This document shows, one piece after another, positions 40,932 to 51,800 of a stretch of DNA of 64,000 nucleotides. The translations under genes were made by a program, and so were the position numbers. Under the pieces are notes generated by a model. It was not told where the DNA came from and made no database searches. It saw only the letters and a program-made list of their open reading frames with translations. Positions within the stretch are counted from its first letter, which is position 1; the number at the start of each line of letters is the position of its first letter. Source of the DNA: Candidatus Eiseniibacteriota bacterium (GTDB lineage Bacteria > Eisenbacteria > RBG-16-71-46); contig CAVZLN010000005.1 in NCBI GenBank assembly GCA_963776245.1, positions 32,001-96,000 on the forward strand, in the 5' to 3' direction.

Positions 40932-41231
40932 TCATTCGGGCGTGCGGTACTTGGCCAGCAGGTCGCGGGCCGGCACCCGGCGCCCCGAAGCCGAGTGCAC
41001 CACGCGCACCTCGAAACCATATCGCTCCAGCCCGAAGTGGCGCTCGATGGCGCGCACCAGCCCTTCGACCGAAGCGTCCGCGCGGATGGTGCGGCCACGG
41101 CGGCCGGTTCCACGGGCACGAGCCCGGCCGGCCTCCACGCCTTCCTGGTAGGCACGCTTGAGCATCCGTTGCAGCGCCCGCCAGTGCGCGCGTTGCAGGG
41201 ACCGGAGCGCCTGGGCCTGCGTCATGAGCAT
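40932..41231 (-). CDS. Small basic hypothetical protein
   Basis: GGGAGG RBS immediately before ATG; intact 99-aa ORF. Confidence 0.7.
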   Translation of the reverse strand: MLMTQAQALRSLQRAHWRALQRMLKRAYQEGVEAGRARARGTGRRGRTIRADASVEGLVRAIERHFGLERYGFEVRVVHSASGRRVPARDLLAKYRTPE

Positions 41232-41433
41232 CCTCCCGACGGAGAGGACCTGGCCACGGCAGGCACTCTAGCACCGGACGCCCCCGCCGGGGATCGGTTT
41301 CGCCCGGCCTGCCGGGTGCTCCCGGCCCCACGCCCCCGCGGCGGCGCCCGACGCGCCGCTGCTCGCACCGCGCCGGCGCTGGCTTCCGCGGGAGGGCGGC
41401 GCTACTCTCGCGCCACGAGAGAACGGAGCGTGC

Positions 41434-42249
41434 ATGGACTACGAGACTCTGACCGAGATCCAGTGGGAGAAGGTGAGCAAGGTCTGGACGATGCTCGACG
41501 AGGGCGAGCTCGAGCGCGCGCGCCGTTCGCTCGACGCGATCATGGCCGAGCGCCCCGGGCACCCCGACCTGCGCATCGTGGACGCCGCCATCGCGCTCGA
41601 CGAGGGCGAGCCCCGGCGTGCGCTCCAGGCCCTGACGGGCGCCGAACGGTCCGCCGATCCGGCCCTGTTCTTCCACCTGCGGGCGGTCACCCAGTACGAG
41701 CTGGCGCGCTTCGAGGAGGCCCGCGACGACGCCGGGCGGGCACTCGCAGTGCATCCCGACCTCGCGGAGGCGCATGACCTGCTGGCGCGCGCGTTCGACC
41801 ACCTCGGGGACCGCGAGCGCTCCGAACAGCATGCCCGGGAGGCCGAGGAGATCGACCCGGATGCCTTCCCGCGGCCGCTCGAGGTGCCCGCCGAGCAGTT
41901 CGACGCCTTGGTCCGCAAGAACGTGGCCGAGCTGCCCCAGGAGGTCCGGCGCCACCTCGACGAGGTCCCGGTGCTGGTCGAGGATCTCCCGCGCCGCGAG
42001 GTCCTCACCGACGAGGACCCGCCGCTCTCGCCCGACCTGCTCGGGCTCCACGTCGGTCCCGACGTCATCCGCCGTTCGCATCTCGACACGCCCGCGGTGC
42101 ACGTGATCTTCCTGTTCCGCCGCAACCTGCTGCGCGCGTGCTCCGACCGCGAGGAACTGGAGCACGAGGTGCGCATCACGGTGCTGCACGAGGTCGGGCA
42201 CATGATGGGTCTCGACGAGGAGGACCTGGACCGCTGGGGGCTCGCGTGA
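41434..42249 (+). CDS. TPR plus minimal zincin (Zincin_1) metallopeptidase
   Basis: TPR repeats; LLGLHVG...ITVLHEVGHMMGL. Confidence 0.88.
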   Translation: MDYETLTEIQWEKVSKVWTMLDEGELERARRSLDAIMAERPGHPDLRIVDAAIALDEGEPRRALQALTGAERSADPALFFHLRAVTQYELARFEEARDDAGRALAVHPDLAEAHDLLARAFDHLGDRERSEQHAREAEEIDPDAFPRPLEVPAEQFDALVRKNVAELPQEVRRHLDEVPVLVEDLPRREVLTDEDPPLSPDLLGLHVGPDVIRRSHLDTPAVHVIFLFRRNLLRACSDREELEHEVRITVLHEVGHMMGLDEEDLDRWGLA

Positions 42250-43298
42250 GACTCACCCACCACGGCCGGGACGGCATCGCGGCCTGGCTCGCCGCGGCGC
42301 TGGCGCTGCTCCTCGGGCTGCTGCTGTGGCTCGCGCTCGCGGGCCGGGCGATCTCGGCCACCGCCACCCGCGTGCCCACGCTCGCGGGCGCCGCGCAGGC
42401 CGGCGCGCTGGTGATCGTGCACGGCGGCGTGGGCTCGGGGCCAGAGCTGGGCGACGGCCCGCGCGGCGCGGCCGCGCGCGGGCTCGACACGCTGCTGGCA
42501 CGCGGCACGAGTCTCGACGGCGCGATCGCCGCGGTGGGGGTGCTCGAGGACGATCCGCGCTTCAATGCCGGCACCGGCGCCAACATCCGGCTCGACGGGA
42601 AGACCATTCAGATGGACGCAGCGGTCATGACCGGCGCGGGCCGCTTCGCCGCGGTCGCCGCGATCGAGCGCGTCACCAGTCCGGTGCGCGTCGCGCGCGC
42701 GGTGATGGACACCCCGCACCTGCTGCTGGCAGGCGACGGCGCCACGCGCTTCGCCCACCGCCTCGGCTTCCCGGACGTGGTGCCCACCTGCCCGGAGGCC
42801 GAGGCGAAGTACCGCGCGCGCATGAGCCGGCTGGCCGCGATCATGGGCCGCGCCGACACTACCGCCTACGACTGGCGCACGGTGTGGAACTTCCCCAACG
42901 CCATGCCCGCGGACGTGCTCGAGTGGGGCCGGCACGGCGACACCGTCGGCGCGGTGGCACGCGACCGGCAGGGGAACTTCGCCGCCGCGCTCTCGACCGG
43001 CGGCACCTCGATCACGCTCTACGGCCGCGTCGGGGACGTCCCGATCTACGGCGCCGGGCTGTTCGCCGGCCCGGCGGGCGCGGTGGCGTGCACCGGCGAC
43101 GGCGAGGAGATCATCAAGCGCTTCATGGCCCACGCGGTCTACGAGCAGATGGCCAGGGGCGTCGCGGCGCGCGAGGCCGTGAGGCGCGCGGCCGACGCCT
43201 TCCCGGCCGACTTCACGCTCGGCCTCATCGCGGTGGATCGCTCCGGCTGGGGCGTGGCGGCCAACCGTTCGATGGCGTGGGGCATGGCCGGGCGCTGA
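42246..43298 (+). CDS. Isoaspartyl peptidase/L-asparaginase (Ntn hydrolase) with N-terminal TM/signal segment
   Basis: VHGG, LEDDPRFNAG, DTVGAV, STGG, GRVGD, CTGDGE. Confidence 0.9.
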   Translation: MRLTHHGRDGIAAWLAAALALLLGLLLWLALAGRAISATATRVPTLAGAAQAGALVIVHGGVGSGPELGDGPRGAAARGLDTLLARGTSLDGAIAAVGVLEDDPRFNAGTGANIRLDGKTIQMDAAVMTGAGRFAAVAAIERVTSPVRVARAVMDTPHLLLAGDGATRFAHRLGFPDVVPTCPEAEAKYRARMSRLAAIMGRADTTAYDWRTVWNFPNAMPADVLEWGRHGDTVGAVARDRQGNFAAALSTGGTSITLYGRVGDVPIYGAGLFAGPAGAVACTGDGEEIIKRFMAHAVYEQMARGVAAREAVRRAADAFPADFTLGLIAVDRSGWGVAANRSMAWGMAGR

Positions 43299-43376
43299 CG
43301 CGGGGACCCCGCCCTGCCTGAGGGCCCGCACGAATCCTCTTCGGGCGGCCGGGAGCGCCGTGCTAGCGTTCCGGCG

Positions 43377-44012
43377 ATGCCCGCCCCGCGATCCCCACTC
43401 GCTGCCGGCCTAGTGCTGATCACACTGCTCGTGCCCGGTCGGGCGCGCGCCCTCGAGGCGCCACGGCTGATCGACGCTCCGGTGCGTTCGGTGGACGCGG
43501 GTCGCACCGTCGAACTGGTGTGGTCGGCGCCCGCGGGCGTCGTGGAGGAACTGGAGATCCTGTTGTCGGTGGATGGCGGCCGCACCTTCCCCATCCGGGT
43601 CTCGCCCTCACTCGACCCCGGCACCACTCACTGGCGCTGGCACGTGCCCAATCTCTCCGCCGCGGACGCACGGCTGCGCGTGCGCGCCCTGGTCGGGGGC
43701 CGCGAAACGCCGGGCGAGCCGACATCGCCGTTCCGCATCGTCGCCGCACCCGGCCAGCCCGTCGAGCGCGCTCTCGTGCAGGAAGGCGGCTGGTGGAGCG
43801 GTTGCCAGCCGGCTCGCCCGCCCGCCACGCCCGCGCCCGTATCACGCGAGCCCTTGTTGTCCGACGCGCTCGACGGCGTCCCGCCGCTCTCGGGCCCGCC
43901 GGACGTGGCGCTCACCCTGTCCTGCGGCCCGCTTCTCCTCCTGCCCGCGCCGTCGGTCGCCACCGCGAGCGGCGGTCGTCCCGTTCCGCGCGCGGTCCCA
44001 CTCCGGAATTGA
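43377..44012 (+). CDS. Exported hypothetical protein with Ig-like domain and Pro-rich tail
   Basis: Signal peptide; LSVDGGRTF...WHVPN...ARLRV pattern resembles the Ig-like domain of 9116..10960. Confidence 0.6.
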   Translation: MPAPRSPLAAGLVLITLLVPGRARALEAPRLIDAPVRSVDAGRTVELVWSAPAGVVEELEILLSVDGGRTFPIRVSPSLDPGTTHWRWHVPNLSAADARLRVRALVGGRETPGEPTSPFRIVAAPGQPVERALVQEGGWWSGCQPARPPATPAPVSREPLLSDALDGVPPLSGPPDVALTLSCGPLLLLPAPSVATASGGRPVPRAVPLRN

Positions 44013-44067
44013 GGCCGAGGTCCCGCGTCCGCGACCGCGACCTCCCACTTTCCCGAAAGGACCGATC

Positions 44068-46233
44068 ATGCGCGCATCCGCACGCGCCGCCCTCGTGGCG
44101 GTGCTCGCGGTCGCGCCGTGGCTGGCCGGTTCGGTCTCCGCGCAGGAGACCGACTCGCTGGCCGTGGTGAGCGACCCCGTGAAGTACCTCGTCATCGTCT
44201 CCGCCACCAAGACCCCCCGGCCGCTCGAGGAGATCCCCAACTCCGCCACGGTGATCCGCGGGGACGCGCTGCGCCGCGGCGGTGTGCGGACGCTCGCCGA
44301 CGCGCTGCAGGACGTGGTCGGCATGGACACCGGAAACGGCTCCGACGCCGGGCTGGCGATGCCCAACATCGGACTCTGGGGACTCAAGGAGTTCGACGCC
44401 CTGCTGATCACGCTCGACGGCGTGCCGGTCGGCGGTCCGTTCAACCCCGACCTGGCCGAGATCCCGGTCGAGGACATCGACCGCATCGAGATCGTGAAGG
44501 GACCCCAGGGCACGCTCTATGGCGTCTCCGCATTCGCGGGCATGCTGCAGGTGTTCACGCGCCAGGACGAGGGCGGCCGTGGCCACCTCACGCTGGGCGG
44601 CGGTTCCTTCTCGGAGGGCCACGCCGACGCCGGCTGGAATCGGGCGCTCGGGCCGTTCGCGCTGCGCCTGAACGGCGGCGCGCAGCGCTCGGACGGCTGG
44701 CAGGACAGGACCGGGCGCGACCTCGACCACGGTGCGCTCGCGCTCAGCGGCGGGCTCGGCGCGGGGCGGCTGACGCTCGCGCTCTCGGCCCGCCGGGACC
44801 ATCAGCGCTGGGGGACGCCCCTGCCGCTCGATCCCCAGACCGGCGAGATCGATCCGAACTTCCGTGCCGACCGGAACTACGCGGTGGGCGGCGCGCGTGT
44901 CGATCACCATCTGTGGTCGGCGAGCTCGGGTCTGAGCTGGCCGGCCGGGCGAGCGCGCCGCGTCGAGAACACGCTCGGGTTCACCCGCGACGTCCAGCTC
45001 TCGGTGACCAGCTTCCCCGAGCCCGACGCGGCGACCGGCACCACGGTCCCGTCGGCCGGGGTGTCCCTTCGACCGGAGCAGAACACGCTGTTCGACGACC
45101 TGCGCGTGGTCTCGCGCTTCGCGCTCGCCGGCCGGCACGAGTCCGTGATGGGCGCCGCCGTCACCTGGGGCCGGGTCGAGGCCGCGGGCATGGGCTTCGA
45201 CTTCGACCAGGACGCGAGCGCCGCGGCGAGCATCCCCGACGTGGGCACCCTCGCCCCCGGCGACCTGCGATCGTTCCGCGACGAGCGCACCTTCCTCGGC
45301 GCCTACGTGCACGACTCGTGGACTCCGCAGGGCCAGTCCGCGCTCACGCTGGCCGGCGGCGGGCGCTACGACCGGGCGCACGAGAAGCTCCACGCCCAGG
45401 CGCAGGAGCAGTCCCCGGGCTCGCCGCTCGAGAGCGCGGACGACGGCCGCACCGACCGCGCGTGGTCGGGAGACGCTTCGGCGCTGGTGCGCCTGCTGCC
45501 GGCACCGCTCCACCACCTCGAAGCGGCCAACGCGTACCTGAACTGGAAGAGCTCGTTCAAGCCCGCCGCCCCCAACCTGACCGAAGCCGAGGGCGCGAGC
45601 ATCCTCGACCCCGAACGCACGCACTCGGTGGAGGCGGGGCTCAAGCTGCGCGCGCTCGAACGCCAGCTCGGGCTCGACCTGTCGTGGTTCGACCTGCGGT
45701 TCGACAACCTGGTGGTGCCGGTCGAGGGGCCGGGCTCGACGCCGTTGCTGACCAACGCCGGCCGGGAGCGATTCCGGGGCGCCGAGGTCGCGCTCGACTC
45801 GCGACCCGCGGCGATTCCAGGTCTGGAGCTCGGCATCGGATACGCACATCACGATCCGCGCTTCGTGCGCTTCGCGTTCCTCACGCCCGACGCGACGATG
45901 GAGGACGACAGCGGCCACCTGGTCGAGCTGGCGCCGCGGGAACTGGCGAACGGCCGGCTGGCCTGGCATTCGCCCGCCGGGATCGGCGTGTTCGGCGCGG
46001 TGCGCTGGCAGGGCCGCCGCGCGCTCGACCGCGACAACCACTACTTCCTCCCTGCGGACTCGGAGTGGGATGCCGGCGTGTCGTACGAACTCGCGGGCTG
46101 GCGCGCGAGCGTGACCGGGCGGAACCTCGGCGACCGGCGTCACATCGTGGCCGAGAGCGACCTCGCGGATGCGATGTTCTACCTCGCGCCGCCGCGGCGG
46201 GTGAGCGCGCAGGTGACGTACACGTTCGAGTGA
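44068..46233 (+). CDS. TonB-dependent receptor
   Basis: Signal peptide; plug IDRIEIVKGPQGTLYG; C-terminal NL...PRRVSAQVTYTFE. Confidence 0.92.
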   Translation: MRASARAALVAVLAVAPWLAGSVSAQETDSLAVVSDPVKYLVIVSATKTPRPLEEIPNSATVIRGDALRRGGVRTLADALQDVVGMDTGNGSDAGLAMPNIGLWGLKEFDALLITLDGVPVGGPFNPDLAEIPVEDIDRIEIVKGPQGTLYGVSAFAGMLQVFTRQDEGGRGHLTLGGGSFSEGHADAGWNRALGPFALRLNGGAQRSDGWQDRTGRDLDHGALALSGGLGAGRLTLALSARRDHQRWGTPLPLDPQTGEIDPNFRADRNYAVGGARVDHHLWSASSGLSWPAGRARRVENTLGFTRDVQLSVTSFPEPDAATGTTVPSAGVSLRPEQNTLFDDLRVVSRFALAGRHESVMGAAVTWGRVEAAGMGFDFDQDASAAASIPDVGTLAPGDLRSFRDERTFLGAYVHDSWTPQGQSALTLAGGGRYDRAHEKLHAQAQEQSPGSPLESADDGRTDRAWSGDASALVRLLPAPLHHLEAANAYLNWKSSFKPAAPNLTEAEGASILDPERTHSVEAGLKLRALERQLGLDLSWFDLRFDNLVVPVEGPGSTPLLTNAGRERFRGAEVALDSRPAAIPGLELGIGYAHHDPRFVRFAFLTPDATMEDDSGHLVELAPRELANGRLAWHSPAGIGVFGAVRWQGRRALDRDNHYFLPADSEWDAGVSYELAGWRASVTGRNLGDRRHIVAESDLADAMFYLAPPRRVSAQVTYTFE

Positions 46234-46242
46234 CGCGCGGCA

Positions 46243-46278
46243 CGCGAGCCCCGGGGAGACGTTCCCCGGGGCCTCGCG
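46243..46278. terminator. GC hairpin between convergent TBDR and copA operon
   Basis: cgcgagccccgggga-gacgt-tccccggggcctcgcg. Confidence 0.5.
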
Positions 46279-46291
46279 GTCGCGACGGTGC

Positions 46292-46381
46292 TCAGCGTCG
46301 CCGCGGTCCCAGGAACCAGAGGTTCACGAGCACGATCAGCGCGCCGCCCGCGAGCGTGACGCCCCACTGGAGCGCGCTCAT
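46292..46381 (-). CDS. 29-aa single-TM microprotein coupled to copA
   Basis: ATGA overlap with the copA stop; [29 protein letters not shown]. Confidence 0.6.
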   Translation of the reverse strand: MSALQWGVTLAGGALIVLVNLWFLGPRRR

Positions 46382-48734
46382 CGGCCGAATCCCCGCAGCC
46401 GCAGCGACGACGTCACGACCGACACGCTCGAGAACGCCATCGCGACCGAGGCGATCATGGGATTGAGCGTGCCCTCCCAGCCCAACACCGGCCCGACCGG
46501 GCCGCCCGGCCGCAGGAACACGTAGAGCAGCCCGGCCGCGACCGGGATGCCGAGCGTGTTGTAGACGAACGCCCAGAACAGGTTCTGGCGGATCACCTGC
46601 ATGGTGCGCCGCGCCAGGCCGATGGCCAGCGGCACGGCGGCGAGGTCGCCGCGCACCAGCGTCATGCCGCTCGCCTCCATCGCGATGTCGGTGCCGCCGC
46701 CCATCGCGATGCCGAGGTCGGCCTGCGCCAGCGCGGGGGCGTCGTTGATCCCGTCGCCCACCATCGCCACGCGGTTCCCGGCCGCCTGCAGCTCGCGCAC
46801 CTTGGCGCTCTTGTCTCCCGGCATCACCTCGGCGAGCACGCGCTCGCGGGGCGATGCCGGCCTCGCGCGCCACCGCGTGCGCGGTGCGCGCGTGGTCGCC
46901 GGTGATCAGCCAGACCTCGAGCCCGTCGCGCTCGAGCCGCGCCACCGCCGCGCGCGCGTCGGGCTTGAGCGTGTCGGCCACCGCCGAGCAGGCCCAGCGG
47001 CGCGGCCGTCCTCGGCCACCCCCACGACCGTGCGGCCCGCGGCCTCGAGGCGCTCCGCGGCACTCGCCAGCGCCGGCACGGTGGCGAGGTCGGCGCCGTG
47101 CTCGGCGAGGTGCGCGGCCGAGCCGAGCGCCACGACGCGCCCGCCGAGCACGCCCACGACGCCGCGGCCCGGGACGGCCGCGACGTCGTCGGGCTCGGGC
47201 GGCTCCACGCCGCGCTCCGCCGCGCCGCGCACGATGGCGGCGCGAGCGGATGCTCGCTGCGCGACTCCAGCGCGGCGGCGACCGCGAGCAGCGCGCGCCT
47301 CGTCCACGCCGGGGGCCGCGACCACGTCGGTCACCGCCGGCCTGCCGCGCGTGAGCGTGCCGGTCTTGTCGAACACCACCGACGCCGATGCCGCTCGGCG
47401 TTCTCGAGCGCGTCGGCGCCGCGCAGCAGCACGCCCAGCTCGGCGCCGCGCCCGGTGCCCACCATGAGCGCGGTCGGGCGTGGCGAGCCCGAGCGCGCAC
47501 GGGCACGCGATGATGAGCACCGCCACGCGCCGCGAGCAGCGCCCGCGCCAGCGGAGGGGCGGGGCCGAGGTCGAACCACAGCACGAACGCGAGCACGCGC
47601 GATCGAGATCACCACCGGCACGAACACCGCGGCGACGCGGTCGGCCAGCCGCGACACCGACGGCCTTGGTGGCCTGCGCCTGCTGCACCAGCCGCACGAT
47701 CTGCATGAGCATCGAGTCGGCGCCGACGCGCTCGGCGCGCATGCGGAACGAACCGGTCTGATTGACGGTCGCGCCCACCACGCGCTCGCCGGCGCGCGTC
47801 TCGACCGGCAGCGGCTCGCCGGTGAGCATGGACTGGTCGATGGTCGAGCGGCCGTCGAGCACCATGCCGTCCACCGGCACCTTCTCGCCCGGCCGCACCA
47901 GCAGCACGTCGCCGGGCTGCACCTGGTCGAGCGGCACGTCGCGCGTCTCGCTCGCCGCTCACGCGATGCGCGATGCGCGGGCGCAGGTCGAGCAGCCGGC
48001 GCAGCGCCTGGGACGCCCCGGCGCGCGCGCGCGTCTCGAGCAGCCGGCCGAGCAGGATCAGCACCACGATCACGGCCGAGGTGTCGAAGTAGGCGTGCGG
48101 GTGCACGCCGACGCGGTGGAACAGCCCGGGCGCGAGCGTGGCGACGAGCGAGTAGGTGTACGCGGTGAGCGTGCCCAGCCCGATCGAGCAGGTCCATGTC
48201 GGCGGCGCGGCGACGCACGCCGCGCCATGCTCCGCGCACGAACGACCAGCCGGCCCACCACTGGATCGGGGTCGCGAACACCAGCGCGATCCCGTTCTGC
48301 ACCGGCTCCGGGATCCGCGAAAGCGGCGGCAGCATACCGAACATGCCGAGCACCACCACCGGGCCCGCCAGTGCGGCGGCCACCTGGAAGCGGCGCCGCA
48401 GCGCGGCCAGCTCCGCCAGGCGCTCGCGCTGCTCGGCGTCGTCGGCGACCGCGCTCGATACCGGGCGCGCGCCGTAGCCGGCGGCCTCCAGCGCGGCGGC
48501 CAGCCGTTCGAACGGCACGTCGTGCGCCAGCGTGACCTGCGCGCGCTCGGTGGCGAGGTTCACGGACGCCGCGGACACGCCCTCCACCCCGCCCAGCGCC
48601 CGCTCGACGCGGTCGACACACGCGGCGCAATGCATCCCCGTCACGCGCACCTCCAGCGCGCGGGCCGGCGGCGCGCCGGGCGCGGAGGCTCCGGACGGCG
48701 CGGCTCTCAGCTGGTTCAGCGACACGAAGGACAC
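46378..48734 (-). CDS. copA: Cu(+)-translocating P1B-1 ATPase; multiple frameshifts
   Basis: [49 protein letters not shown] spread across frames. Confidence 0.85.
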
Positions 48735-48805
48735 GGGATGCTCCTCCTCACCGACCCCACGGCGGCCCCGCGGGGGACTCACCCGGCGCAATGGGCGCTC
48801 CGAGG

Positions 48806-51800
48806 CTACTGGATGCCACCGATGCTGCCCACCCGGGTGCCGCGCTCGAAGTAGATCTCCCGCTGGTCCTTCAGCCCGAGCCGGAAGTAGTACTCCGACT
48901 CGCCGCCGAGGGAGAACGTGCGCGTGAAGATCGCGGTCCAGCAGTGCAGGTCGCGCTGAACCGAGAAGCGCTGCGTGGTCAGCGCGTGGAAGGTGAGGTC
49001 GTAGGAGGCGGACCAGTCGGCCGCCCAGCCGGGGCTGAACTGGTAGCGCGCGACCGCGTTCGCGCTCTGGCGATCCGCCCACTTCGATCCTTCGTACCCG
49101 CCGGCGTAGGAGTAGGCGAGCCCGAGCGTCCACGCGTCGCGGAAGCCCGGTTGCTCCTCGGCCTCGGCCGGCCGGGAATCCAGCGGCAGCTCGGGATTGG
49201 ACGAGCGCGCGGGACCGCTGCCGAGGTTGAGCCCCGCGTAGGTCGACATGTTGCGCACCGGCCGCGCCTGGTAGGGATCGGTGGTCCACTGCACGCTTCC
49301 GTTCATCGTGCCCGGCGGCTGGAGGTTGACGGTCGAGGAGATCGGCGACAGTGGATGCAGGAGCCCGCGTTCGCGCCACAGGAAATCGTACGATCCCGAC
49401 GTGGTCCACGACACCAGGTTGTCGAGCCGCACGATGTCGGTGCCGCGCTTGAGCTTCACCTGGAACCGCTGGTCGAGCGAGTAGCTCATCGAGGCGTTGC
49501 GGAAGCCCGAGATGCCGATCCCGCTGAAGCCCTCGAAGCGGCTCCGCCGCACCCCGGCGCGGTCGGCGTACGTGAGGCTCTTGAACTCCGGCGCGTAGCT
49601 GAAGGACACGTTCGGGGTCACCACGTGGCGCAGGCCTTCCAGCGGCCCGATGCGTGGCGCGAAGGTGCCGTAGAACGTGGTCCCGGTCGAGACGCCGGTG
49701 CTCCACACCGCTGCGGGGACCACCTTGCGGCCCAGGACGTCGTGGTCGAACACCACCGCGCTGGTGCTCAGGCGCGGCGCGAGATTGATCCAGCCGAAGA
49801 CGCGGCGCGAGTCCGAGAGCGATCCGTCGGCCGCGAACCCGCGGCGGACCGTGATGCGCTGGCCGAGCACGTTCGAGGAGTCCGGGCCGGTGCCGGTGCG
49901 CCCCACCACCACCGCGCGCCGCTCGCGCTGCTCGACGAGACGGGTCGCCAGGCTCGCATACACGGTCTTGAGCCCGTTCTCCAGCGGGGTGCCCTTGAAC
50001 GCCGAGATCGAGCCGAGGGTGCGGGTCGGAAAGGAGACCGAGAGGCTGGGGCGGGTCTCGGTGAGATTCGCGAGCGAGGCGACGGTGCCGACCGCGGGCA
50101 AGGGTGCGCCGGTCAGCCCGCGGTCGCCCTCCAGCGCCTGGTCGGCATCGAGATCCTGGCGGCGGTCGACATAGGCGCTGAACGCTGCCCAGTCGGCGCT
50201 GTGCGAGACGGCGAGGTTCGAGGTCAGGAACCGGTTCAGGCGCTGCGAGAGCGGCGCGCCGAACAGGTTGCTCGAGCTGTAGTCGCGGCTCGACACGAAC
50301 GAGCCGCGCGCCGCCAGCCGCGTGCGCGCGGTGAGTTCCTGGTTGTGCTCGGCGTAGAGGTCCCAGTCGTCGCGGCGGGTGTGCTCGTTGCGGGCGAACG
50401 AGGTGCGGAACGACCCGTCGAGCACGTACATCAGCTTGTACTGGCTCTCGGCCCGCGTCACCCACGAGGGCTCGGCCTGGTAGTAGTCGCCCGAGAGCGT
50501 GAGGTCCATGTAGTCGTTCGGAGCCCAGTAGTAGCCGGCATTGCGGACGAACTGTCCGGCGGGGTTGTTGAGGCCGAACTCGAGCTGGGGGAACAGGAAG
50601 CCCGAGTGGCGTCCGGGCTTGATGGGGAACACGTAGAACGGCAGCGCGAGCAGCGGCACGTTCTTGACGTAGAACACCACGGGCTTCGCGACCAGCTTGT
50701 CCTTGAGATAGATCTTCATCCACTTCGAGGCGAAGTGGTAGTGCGGCTGCACCAGATTGCACGTGGTGTACGAGCCGCCCATCACGTCGAGCTCGCTCTT
50801 GTTCACCTTGCGGATGCGCTCGCCGTGGTAGCGCCCCTTCTCGTAGTCGGTCTCGGCGTCGTAGATGGTGCCGACGCGCGATTCGAGGTCGTAGGTCATG
50901 AGGTGGCCGGCCACCTGCTCGCCGCGGTCCTTGAGCTGCGGCTTGCCCTCCGCGACCAGCGTCTGCTGCCCGACGTCGTACACCACGCGCCGCGAGCGCA
51001 GCTCGAGGTCGCCATACGTCAGGTGCGCTCCCTGGTCGAGCACGATGCGGTTCTTCGGCACCTCGTACTCGATGCGCACCGCGTCGTAGGCGACGGTCTC
51101 CTTCTTCTGAGCGGTGGTGTCGGCGGCGTCCACCGCGGGGCGGAACTCGCCCTTCGCCTGTCCCTGCACGCGCGCGCGGTCGATCTTGCGGTCGCGGAAG
51201 AACACCGTGATGGTGTCCCCGAGCGCGAGATTGCGCTCCTGGCTCTTGCCTGCGCGCGTGGGCGCGCCATAGTCGTTGCGGGCCTCCCCCATCGCGACCA
51301 GGCTGTCGATGTCCTGGTCGGTGAAGAACACGTCCACGCGCCGCCCGGTGAGCCGGCTCGACTCGCCGAGGGTGGCGGGGCGCGCGCCGCGGTAGTCCAT
51401 CACCGCCCGGTTGCGCACCACCACGCGCCGCACCACGCGCTTCTCGCTCCAGATCTCGAGGGTGTCGCCGCTCACGGTGTTCTCGTCGTCCCACACGCGC
51501 GGGGCTCCCAGCATCCAGCCGCGGCTGGCCCGGTCGTCGAACAGCGCGTAGTCCGACCGCGCGTGCAGGGTGTCGCTCACCACCACCACCGAGTCGATGG
51601 CCTGGGCGACGCGGGTCTCGGTGTTGACGCGCATCAGCCGCGAGGTCATCCGGGTGACGTGGCCCTTCTCGTCCGTGGTCTTGAGCACCGGGTGGCCGCT
51701 GGCGAGCGCCTCGCGGCTGCGGCGGTCGAAGTCCACCGAGTCGGCGTCGAGCTCGGTGCGATTGGCGTCGTCGAACCCCTTCACGTCGCCGCGCGCCTGC

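Noticed and set aside
46378..48734. Programmed frameshifting or true pseudogene in copA
   Set aside because: Too many scattered shifts with intact motifs and no slippery sites; sequencing error is the simpler explanation
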